A DNA stretch of 64,000 nt from Takakia lepidozioides (lineage: Eukaryota > Plantae > Bryophyta). Where the stretch lies: assembly GCA_030704615.1 (NCBI GenBank), contig CM060734.1, forward strand, positions 36,022,001-36,086,000, read 5' to 3'. Positions 12,049 to 22,790 of the stretch are shown here, piece after piece. How positions within the stretch are numbered: the first letter of the stretch is position 1; every line of letters begins with the position of its first letter. The translations under genes were made by a program, and so were the position numbers. Under the pieces are notes generated by a model. The model saw nothing but the letters and a program-made list of their open reading frames with translations. It did not search any database and was not told the origin of the DNA.

Positions 12049-14286
12049 ATCACTTTCTCTGAATGACCTATAGTTGATGCCCTGCCACGGTTTTGTTGTG
12101 AACTGCCTTCACAATGAGATGGAGGAAAATCATTGCTGTCTAAGAAAAAATGGCGTGTCTCTTTGTATAGATATCTCAAATGTGAGAGTGTGTCACAGAG
12201 AGAGCATTTCTTTGAGCATTTCTTTCCAAAAATCAACAGTCAAACTAGAAATTCAGTCCCAACCTCATCACTGGTAGTTTGAGGCGCTTCTTCCTACTAG
12301 CCCAGATCCTAACGCTCGTCTTGTCAAGTCACCATTAGAGGACGTTTTCCCACTGTGCAACTGGTAGAATCCTACAGGGATAGTATGCAAAATTTGAAGA
12401 GACAACTAGCTAGACAGCTTGAGGTGGACTCGTTGTGAACTATGTGACAGTGTGGATTAGACAATAAGAAAACATACTTAGGAGTGGTAAATTTCAGGAA
12501 AACGTCGGGAGTACACTGACCTCACGTGTTCCACCAGGTTGGTGAACTTTCCGTAAACATTGATTTGACAACATGACTTGTGAAGCATATGAAAATAATC
12601 AACATATTCAACAAACAAATGTATTTCATCCAAAAAAACATTGGGAACCCTTTGTGTAGTCTGAGGGCAGGGCCAACCAATGGGATTACGATCAATGCAA
12701 AGTATAGAGGTAGGGCAGCCGATGAGGCCCTTCTTCCGTTTAAGAATGTGTGAATGAGGATCATAGGTGTCTTGTGCCTGACGTAAGATACGTCCTCCTG
12801 TTAGGATGAAAACTTCACGTCTGAGAAGATAATGATTTTAACAAGAAAACTTCTAGCTGGTTTTTCGCGTACATATGCAATTATTTAAATAAATCAAAAC
12901 AAGTGACTTAAAAAGACCTAGAAAGTTTAATGTGAACCATGTTAGCAAACAAATCCGCTACACTAAAAAAACTTGTTATCCTCTCCCCTAAATGTAAGCC
13001 AACATATTGTTGATAAGCCATGTATTTGTGCTCCAAACACCCTTAACCCATTTGCTCAGGGCCCTTGACTTTTTCAAAAAGAAACGACCCATGCAGTGAA
13101 AAAATGGTGTAACTTTTGCAAAATTGACTTTTTGAAAAAATTGACCCACATTATGTGTGTATCTTCCTCCTGCCAATTTTGAATTTCCAGGGCAATGAGC
13201 CCCAGATCCAAAAAATGGCACTATTGTGGGACCCATTATTGGGGCCATTGGAGAAACATAGTATTTTTTAGCAAATTTTTAAAGATTTGAGTGGCGGGAT
13301 CAACCCCAATTGAGGTGAGATTTGGCAAGCTTCATCCTCTTGGGTCCCTCATCCAACAAGCCAAAAACCATCCAATTTGGCCAACACATCTAGTGCCACT
13401 TGGCCAAACCTGGTCAGATCCCTTAATTATAACTCTCTCTCACACACTTGTGAAAAAAAATTCACATGAAAAAAGACAAAATTACCTTCATCAATTCGTG
13501 ACGCCCTTGATTGCATAATGACACAACTTTGCTTTAATCCAAAATTCGGGTAATCAACTGCCCAATCCTGGTAGTGCACCACAAGGGCCACTCGATGACA
13601 TTGATTTCATAACAGTTTGAAGCAGATCTGAAAATGCAATTGAGGTTTAAGTGGGCCCTGTGACCCGTTTTTCGGGTCTGCTGGGCATTTAAGGCAAGTC
13701 CTAAGAGCATCCCCACCCTTCTCACTAAAATGGCTCCTTTATAGCTATTGTGAAGGGGTTGGTTCAGGACTCTCGAAGGTGTGTGAAGGGGTCGGCTGCC
13801 TGTAGCCACACCCTTGCCCCTCGTTATGGCCCTGTATCCTGTGTTCCCGCCTTGCTGGAGTTTTCAGCGATGTTCTCATATCACGTTCGGGACCCACCGC
13901 TTGCCTTCACTGCCGACGCATAGCAGCTGGATTGGAAGCGAGAGGCTGGGAGGTGCGCTCTGACATATCCCTGGTCGGGACGACTTGGTTGAGCGACGAG
14001 TTCAGGGCACTGAATATCATACACGGATTCAGTGAAAGAGAGGCGGTTCAGTGTCCGCCCTTAATGGCGTATACGGTAGCGGGGCAAAGGTGTGGTACGT
14101 TTGGAGGCAAATTTGACCCTATATACGAGAAGTAGGGGTGAAGGGGTCCATAGAGGCGTAGAGTTGGGATGCTCTAAGCAGCGTGTAAGGCCCATGTTTG
14201 AACCTAAAAAGCCTCATTTTGTCCAGTCCCCTTGCTGGAAGTAGCCCAAGTCCCCTAGTTCCAAACTTCCATCATCCTTATGTTTA

Positions 14287-14468
14287 ATAATAATAATATA
14301 TAACACCTCTCGAAGGAAGAGTAAATTATGGTGTCTCTTGACTCCGAAGGGCTACTGCCTTCGGGCAGGAAGGGTGGACGACACCTTTGTGACACCAATC
14401 GGTGGATTGAACCCACAACCACTTCCAAGGTGATATGTGCCCATTACTATAGCTACAACTTGGTTGTC
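14287..14468 (-). mobile_element. tRNA-derived SINE, copy 2
   Basis: Reverse-complement match to the family. TSD TCCTTATGT(T/C)TA at 14275-14286 and 14469-14480. Confidence 0.85.
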
Positions 14469-14485
14469 TCCTTATGTCTATTATA

Positions 14486-14606
14486 CTAGGGCTTCGCGTG
14501 CTCCGCACTACTAGCGATGAATTCTGAGAACTACGTTCAATTTTCACAAAGAATGGTGGGTCATCCCCATGGTGTTACATACATACATCCCATATTTCAT
14601 TGTTTT
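14486..14606 (-). mobile_element. Helitron-like 3' terminus, copy 2
   Basis: Reverse complement reads ...GTGCGGAGCACGCGAAGCCCTAG|TA and matches 1315-1426. Confidence 0.55.
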
Positions 14607-16110
14607 TTGAAAGAAGAATGGCGGAGTGTTGCCGAAGTGCTCATGTCACATCTCCGTATTTCATTGTATCTATCTATCTATGCCCAAGAAGTGAGGGGGA
14701 GTTGAACCCCCTTTTTTGCCAAGTATGCAGACACTTCCACTTCTGGGATGCAACTTATCATCTAGAACGAAGGTGTGCACCCTGTTGCCAACCTCAATGC
14801 AGCAGTGACCTGGCTCCTTTCTAACCCCTCTGACCTTCATCATTCTCCTCACTTTTGCAGTATCATCCCACCTGTCAACTGGAGCATAGATGTTTGATAT
14901 AGCAACACATAAGTCGCGGCATCCTGTTCATCCCACTTGAGGATAGATGTTGCCACATGTTCAGCCATCTGCAGGCACCAAGCAAGCCCTTCCACACCAC
15001 AACATCTGGATTGATTGGCATTTTATTAATCAGGTCCACTACCTCATCCAGTTGTCTTGGACTTCCAAGAAGGTCCACCATGCAGCCAAAATGCTTTACT
15101 GGCAAGGTGACACCATAATCTTGACTTAGGGAATCGAAGTAGCGTCTACCTTCATTCAGTAGGCCAGTGTGGCTGCATGCAGAGACAACACATATAAAGG
15201 GGACTACTGTCCGACTTCAAGCCGTTCTTTTGCATTCCTTCAAATAGTTGCTGGACCTCCCTATGACAACCATGCTGGGCATATCCTGCGATCATCGCAT
15301 TCCACGACACCACATTTCATTCAACCACATTGTCAAATACTCCCTTTGCATCCTCAATGCACCCACATTTCGCATACATGTCCACCAAAGTAGTGTCCAG
15401 AATGACATTTGATACAATTCCACCTTTTTTCGTTACCATGCACCTCTTTGCCCTTTTCCAGGGCTTCCAGGCTTGCACAAGCATTGCAAACGCACACAAA
15501 CGTGATGTGGTTGCACCTCACTCCTTCCCCCATCATTTGTTCATAGGTCTCCAAGGCCTCCATACCGCGCCCCTGTTGTGCATATCCTGCAAGCATGGCG
15601 TTCCGTGACACCAAATCTCGTTCAGCCATATTGTTGAGCACTCCCTCCGCATCCTCAATGCTCCCACATTTGGCATACATGTCCATGAGGGTATTGTTTA
15701 GAATCACATCTGGTACAATTCCAGCTTTGGCGATGCAACCATGCACCTCTTTGCCCCTTTACCAGAGCTGCTAGACTTGCACACGCACTGCAAACGCACA
15801 CAAGTGTGATGTGGTCAGGCTTCACCCCTTCCCCCATCATTTGTTCATAGGTCTCCAAAGCCTCCATCCCACGCCCCTGCTGTGCATACCCCTGCAAGCA
15901 TCGCGTTCCACGACACCACATCTCGTTCAGCCATAGTATTGAAATTAACTCCCCTTTGCATCCTTAATGCACCACATTTGGCATACATGTCCACCAGGGC
16001 AGTGTTCATGATGACATCTGGTACAATTCCAGCTTTGACGATGTGACCATGGACCTTCAGAGCTCCCAGGCTTGCACACGCATTGCAAACACAAACAAAT
16101 GTGATGTGGT

Positions 16111-16290
16111 GACAACTAGCATGTAGCCCAGTGGTAATGGGCACATACCACGTTGGATGTGGTTGTGGGTTCAAACCACGGTCTGGTGTGTCATGAAGGT
16201 ATCCACCTTTCAGCTGGAAGGCAGTAGCCCTTGTGGTGAATGGACACCATAAGTTACGCTCCCTTCGGGAGGCGTCATATATATATATAC
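16111..16290 (+). mobile_element. tRNA-derived SINE, copy 3, inserted in the PPR pseudogene
   Basis: A and B boxes, (TA)n tail; TSD GTGATG(T/C)GGT at 16101-16110 and 16291-16300. Confidence 0.88.
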
Positions 16291-16530
16291 GTGATGCGGT
16301 TGGTTTTCACCCATTCGCACATCATTTGCTCATATGTCTCCAAAGCCTCCATCCCGCACCCTTGCTGTGCATATCCTGCAATCATCACACTCCACAACAC
16401 CACATCACGTTCAGCCATATTATCGAACACTCCATTTGCATCCTCGATGCACCCACATTTGACATACATGTCCATCAGGGCAATGTTCAGAATGAAATCG
16501 GTACAATTCCAGATTTGACGATGTCACCAT

Positions 16531-17762
16531 CACTATTACGTTTTGGGGGGGTTAGCGATGCCCCAGCGACCTCCAACCGCCGCGATTAGCGACAGAAATA
16601 CTCTACGGCGCCCGGGGCGCAGGAGACATTTTGCGATGTCGGGAAGTCGCAGAGACGTCGCTCCTGGAATGTCGCTAATTAGCATCGTCGGGGAATCGCA
16701 AACCCCTCGGGACCCCCTGGCCGCGGCGCCGGCGCGACTTGCGACGTCCGGGCATATATATATATATATATATAATATATATATTTTTAATTTTTAATTT
16801 TTTTAAAACGTTTTTTCCTGCGACGCCGCATTAGGGACGTCCGGGGGTCGTAAATGCGACCCCCAGACATTACAGTAGGGGGGTACATTTGAATTTAGGT
16901 GGGAAAATTTGAATTTGAATTTGAATTTCAAAAACTAGTTGACCATTGACTCAGCGTTGACCATTGACTCCAATTTTGTCCAATGGCAGTTCATACATTG
17001 TTCTACATATATTAGGCAATGCATACTTGAACCTAAGACCTCCACATTATAATATTTCTAAGACAATACACACTAACCAACAAATCTACAATACATCTAT
17101 GTATCACAAAAGCAGTCCAAGTATATATATACATATCAAGAGTTAGCTCCTAGTGACTACCACTATCTCAATCCTATCATTATGTGGCAGATTATGCGTA
17201 CTCTACAAGAGCTCTCACAGCTGGAACTTGCACCGAGATTTGTCCCCAGAGTTCTTCAAGAACAAATATCTATCAATGGCCTAAGTTTTGTAAAACTGCA
17301 TTGCAACTTATTGTTGGACAATGGCTGTAGTCTGAGGATGCCAAGCCCATTATGCTCTACAATCTACTCCCAGAATCAATTTTCCGCGACGCCCCCAGGA
17401 CGCCGGGAATCGTAGCGCCGCAGCCCCAACGATTTTATTTTTTTATTTTTATTTTTTGGGCGATTTCCCACCATCGTAGGAGCGCTCGGCCGTCGCAAAA
17501 GCGTCGTTGGGCTACGGCGCTGCGACGCCTCGTTGCGATTCCCCGACGTCGCAACATCCCGAGGGTGTCGCAACCCCCCAGCGCGTTGGCGGGGGAATGG
17601 GCTCAGACCCTTTTCCGGCGACGGCATGGCATCGCAAGATGCCACACTGTCGTCCGCAAGTCCCGGGCCGGACCCATGCGCGACGCTGCAGTCGCAAGGG
17701 GGTCAGCGCGTCCGGCGCGCCCGGGGTCCCGGCATCGCTAACCCCCTCTAAACGTAGTAGTG
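16531..17762. mobile_element. Non-autonomous CACTA (En/Spm) element
   Basis: TIRs CACTATTACGTTT / AAACGTAGTAGTG; 3-bp TSD CAT at 16528-16530 and 17763-17765; GC-rich GCGACG/CGTCGC subterminal repeats. Removing it restores PPR sequence GKEVHGDIV. Confidence 0.93.
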
Positions 17763-20023
17763 CATGGACCTCTTTGCCCTTTTCCAGGGCTGCCAGGCTT
17801 GCACACGCATTGCAAATGCAAACAAACGTCATGTGGTTGGGCTTCACCCCCTTCGCACATCATTTGCTCATAGGTCTCCAAAGCCTCCATCCCGCGCCCT
17901 TGCTGTGCACATCCTGCAATCATCGCACTCCACGACACCACATCACGTTCAGCCATACTGTCGAACACTCCCTTTATATATGTCCACGAGGGTGTTGTTC
18001 AGAATAACATTTGGTACAACTGCAGCTCTGACAATGTCGCCATGGACCTCTTTGCCCTTTTCTAGAGCTGCCAAGCTTGCACACTCATTGCAAATGCACA
18101 GAAACATGATGTGGACCTCGGGCTTCACCCCTTCCCCCATCATTTGATCGTAGGTCTCCAAAGCCTCCATACCACTTGCCTGTTATGGATACCTTGCAAG
18201 CATCGTGTTCCATGACACCACATCTCGTTCAGCCATAGTGTTGAAAACTCCCTTCGCATCCTTAATGCACTCACATTTGACATATATGTCCACCAGGGTA
18301 GTGTTCAAAATGACATCTGGTACAATTCCAGCTTTGACGATGTCACAATGGACCTCTTTCCCCTTTCCAAGAGCTCCCAAAGGCTTGTACACACATTGCA
18401 AACACAAACAAATGTGATGTGGTTGGGCTTCACCCTTTTGCGCAACATTTGTTCATAGTCTCCAAAACATTCCTACCACACCCAAGCTTGGTAAATCTTG
18501 CCAACATTATATTCTAAGTGATCAAAGATCGTTGAGGCATTCTGTTGAACACTTGGTGAGCATCCATGATGCTCCCGCACTTAACATACATGTTGACAAG
18601 GGTGTTGAGGAGAAAAACATTTGGCGTGAATCCACTTTAGATAATGCGAGTGTGTCTCCGCTTTCCAACTTCCAGACCTTCCATCTTGATGTACTTAAGC
18701 AAGAGACAGACATACATAGAAATGCCTCCTTGGTTTAAAGTTTGTAGAGCCTCTGTCAGTCTGCCTGCCGCACAAAGCATCTTTACATGCCCAGAAGTGC
18801 CAGAAGAGGCATTGTGGACTCCCTCTCTTGATCCTCTTTCAAAAGCTATGGTCATGGTTGAGGTGCCTGATTTTATCAACTGTGCCGCTGCAGTTTCTTG
18901 TAGCTATTTATCCACAGGGAATCATAGGTAATCTGGAGCTTGAAGTCCGGCCCTCTTGGATGAATCTGGACCCACACTCTATCCCTGCTCCTTCAGCTAC
19001 CTTTGCACAGATCATACATCCTTGCCTTGCTGCTAGCAGCTGACAAGGACAACCTAGATTTGTTCTAGGAAACACCCAAATCAACATATCCCACTAGTTC
19101 CTATGCTCAATTGCATCTGTTACTCTCTGTAATCCAACAGGCATTGATATTTTTGCATCGATTGTCCAACTATTGACTGGGGTCAGAAAAGTATTCATTC
19201 CACAGCTTCTCCTCGTCTCTGTTACTGACAGCGTGAAGTTCTTCCAGGACACACCCCAACCCTACTTATCGCACTAGTTCCTATGCTGACTAGTGTATTC
19301 ATTCCGAAGCTTCTCCTCGTTATCTGTTTTTGGATATTTTCCTGCTGCCACATCGGCAGTAACTTGTCAAGGTCACTCAAACCATCACAGATCCACCCAA
19401 CGAGCTCACTTACAAAATTCAATATGCATCTCAGGGCCGAGTCTGATGAAAGGGCAAAACAGGCTGAAATAGGTCGAAGAAGGTGCCTTCACCACATTGT
19501 CCTTGACCTTGTGTCATGACCCATGGAGGATTTGGGCAACCATCAACCCAAAAGGACCTCTTGTGTGTGCTGCTTGTGTCTGTAGTCAGGTAATGTCGGA
19601 TTGGTCTGTGAAAACCACCACAGTGCAGCTGAATAGGCAGAGATTGAAACACGGCCTGCAAAGACCAAGCTGATTCTCCCAAGGACCTTGTAAACATCAG
19701 GAAGAATACCAAAAAATGGTACTAAGAGTCCACATTTGCAGGATGGACAAACTTCTTCACATCGTACACTAAGAACACCTTGCGATTGCGGTTGTTCCAC
19801 CATCTGTGAGAGCTCTTGCGGTGTACTCATAATCTGCAAATGTCTCCATCTACGATCAGCGTGTGAAACCCCTCCTGCAGTTCAAAGAAGATCAAGAACT
19901 GAGTAGTTCCGGAAAACATGAAGCGAGTTCTATTGGCGTTTTTCGGGCGGGCAATCCGGGCAGATTCCAAAACATTTGACGATGATAATGGCAACGAAAC
20001 GTGGCAACGATGACATGGCAATG

Positions 20024-20110
20024 ATGATGAAGCACTATGACACCCTATATCTGCTCTACGCTAAACCATGATGAAGCACTATGACACCCTATATCTGCTC
20101 TACGCTAAAC
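20024..20110. repeat. Tandem duplication, about 44 bp x2
   Basis: ATGATGAAGCACTATGACACCCTATATCTGCTCTACGCTAAAC occurs twice in tandem. Confidence 0.9.
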
Positions 20111-22790
20111 TAGCTTCCGACCTTCGGCCGTCGGGGTGGTCTATTTGAGGTTGTGAATCGTATATTACTTGCTCTGGCTACCCAAACAAAAGTGGGGTGA
20201 GGGAAGAGAGCGGAGCACATCAAACCAGGAGCCCTCACTTTAAGCATATTTTGACACTCCGCACATCAACCAATTTCCATCATGTGGGGTTTCAAGTATT
20301 TTTGTTAAAGAATCCAGCCCGCAGAACATACCAGCTAGCAGTCATTCAACACCTGTAAAGTAAGTTCTCAAAAGAGGAGAATCTAACCTACCAAGACGTC
20401 CTTCACTGATCCATGTTTTGGAAATTTCTGTTTCACCTCCATTCTGAGGCTTGCTAGAAACACATGTATCCAACTGATCACCCATGCTCTCCTTGTTGGA
20501 GATGTCCTTCTCTTCATCTCATTCTGAAATTCTTCGTTCTTCCACAGAGGTCCCTAGCAGTTTGGAAATGATTCTGGAGCCATCGGTTTCGTGCGTGAAC
20601 ACCAAAATGGATGTTATGGGTCTGCAGAAGAGATGAGAGATCGGGTTCTGACACTCCCCAGCTTGTGGTCTTCCCCCTCCACCTGCTTCACTTGTTGACA
20701 TTAAGAGGTGGGATCAGTAGTATCCTCCTCTCCAGTGGGTGGGCACAATCTCCTCTCCCTCATCTGGGAAGTCTCTTGATGCCTCTCTTGCTTTCTGTAT
20801 ACGCTAGTCTATCTCTTTCTGCATTGGATCTTCATAGTCCTTGTCAGTGTGATTGAGAGTTTCTTCTTACATGCAGCAGAAACTACACAATAAAGCATTG
20901 ATATATGGATAGGCAGCTGTTTTTTGTTTGTTGGGGGGAGGAGATGGAGTGGTCCTGATACTTCTGCATCACTGATTCTGCTGGGACCTTGTCAATGTGA
21001 AGGCTGTAGAAAAGCTCCCTGGAATCAGTAGCTACCCAGGTGCCTTTCTCTGCCTCAGGCCGGTAAAACCACTGACCATGATCTTTTGCTTGATTTCCTG
21101 GGAGGGTGAAAGTGAAAAATGAAGTAAGTTTACCTTATACATAGTGTCATTGTTCATCTTGTCCTGCTCCCTCATTAATCGAACTGGCAGATTGCGTGGC
21201 ACGAAATCTATCAAAGTGATTCTGTAACAATGCCCAGCTGCCATACCTTGATAAAGGGCACCGTCAGGCTTCTGGCTATTCTTCTCACATGACTAACACA
21301 GGGTTGACCTGCAAAGAAATACACGAACAGTTGGAGATTTAGTCTCAAGATAATGGCAGGGTCTGACAAACTTCAAGGATCCTGGAGCAAGATGTATCTA
21401 GTGCCTTATCCTTTTCATTTGTTTGATATCAAAGTTCTTGAAAAGAGAGATGCCAGCTTCAATGGCAAGAAATCAGAGACTCTTGGTGACCTGCAAACAC
21501 CAGTAAAACTTAGTGTTTGATGTCAACAACAACCAAAGTGGCACGTACTAGAGTTGTTCCGAAGGTTACAAACAGGTCAACGTCAAGCAAGAAGTCTACT
21601 GAGAAGTCACATCCTTATGGAAATCATCCATGGATTCAAGCTTGTCTCTGCTCTTCAGCCAAAGATACTGGCCATTTAGTGATGTCTTTTGACAGGATAA
21701 GTTTATATCTAGGCATGCCTGATCTGCCTGCATGCCCTTCAATTGTTCAATGAACAAAAAGTCAAAAACCTGAGAGACTAACTTGCGCATCCTGACCTTT
21801 AGATCAAGCAGAACTGACGTTCAGGATAGTCCATTATGCGATGTCTTGTGTGCTACAATACTATGAAGGGACAATCAAGTCTCTTACCTAATGGGACGAC
21901 ACATGAGGTTACTTACAGTAATGTCACTGCTCCATAGGTCGCCACGCCTCTCTTCGTCATCCTCGCCAACCAATCTCACAACAGCATTGCAAATCCATGA
22001 TTTGGGGTTTGATCCACCAGCACTAGATGATTGGAGATTGCTGGAGTCAATACCAACAAAGTAGCACAACTTTCACATGAGGTGCTGGTTGTAGAACTTA
22101 CACAGATTGTGCAAAAAGCCGACCCATTTTAGGTAAGCCCCTTCATTTGTCATCACCTGACACTAGTAAAATGGAGAATACTAAACCCAGTCATGATGAA
22201 TCAAGGAGCTCTTGTCTCTCTCGGACACGTTACGATTCCTTATGATTGACAAAGAACTGAATTATGAAAAGCTAGTTAGAAAAGGAACTTGGACACTGTT
22301 TTTGCCTGTACTGCTTGAGGCTCATCCCCCTTCTGTTGGCATACCTCAATTGGGGTTTGGAGGTTACTTTCATGCGTTATCTTCACATACAACCATCCCG
22401 GATGCAGGACCACTCAATGCATGTCTAACGGAAATTTCTCCACCCTGTCAAGAAAGATGATATCCTGCATTGGCCTTCAGTGTTGTGGAGGGAACCATTG
22501 AGGAACATACATATGAGAGATTGTGGTATTCCTTTGGTCCTGGGGTGGCATTCCTAGATTGCTTTGAGGGCCTTCACATGGTGCAATACCCAAGGTGTTG
22601 AGCAGGATCTTCATTTTTGTTTCCCCCTCAAGACTGACTTGAAGTGGCCCAACCTGTTGGCTACTGAGTATGTTGCCGAGGTACCATCTTCAGATCCTTA
22701 TATCCTCAAATTGTTCCTTCCAAATGTCAACCTTAAATAGTTGGAGATTCCAAAGAACATACAAGTGGGTCATAGATATTTTACTTACAA

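Larger units (their letters stand above)
14670..18880 (-). pseudogene. Decayed PLS-E class PPR gene, truncated after the PG box and interrupted by a SINE and a CACTA element
   Basis: N-terminus HVKMLCAAGRLTEALQTL (18637-18879), many P-L-S triplets, HFGCMVDLLG (S2), E motifs and KEPGHCCIEVGNRVHTF (14670-14852). No DYW deaminase motifs; many frameshifts. Confidence 0.92.

Noticed and set aside
16543-17760. Arg/Pro-rich ORFs here and at 35180-35957
   Set aside because: By-products of GC-rich subterminal repeats; no recognisable domain.
20330-22700. Possible minus-strand exons downstream of the DYW gene
   Set aside because: Splice-like signals are present, but no coherent frame or recognisable protein; may be UTR or lncRNA.
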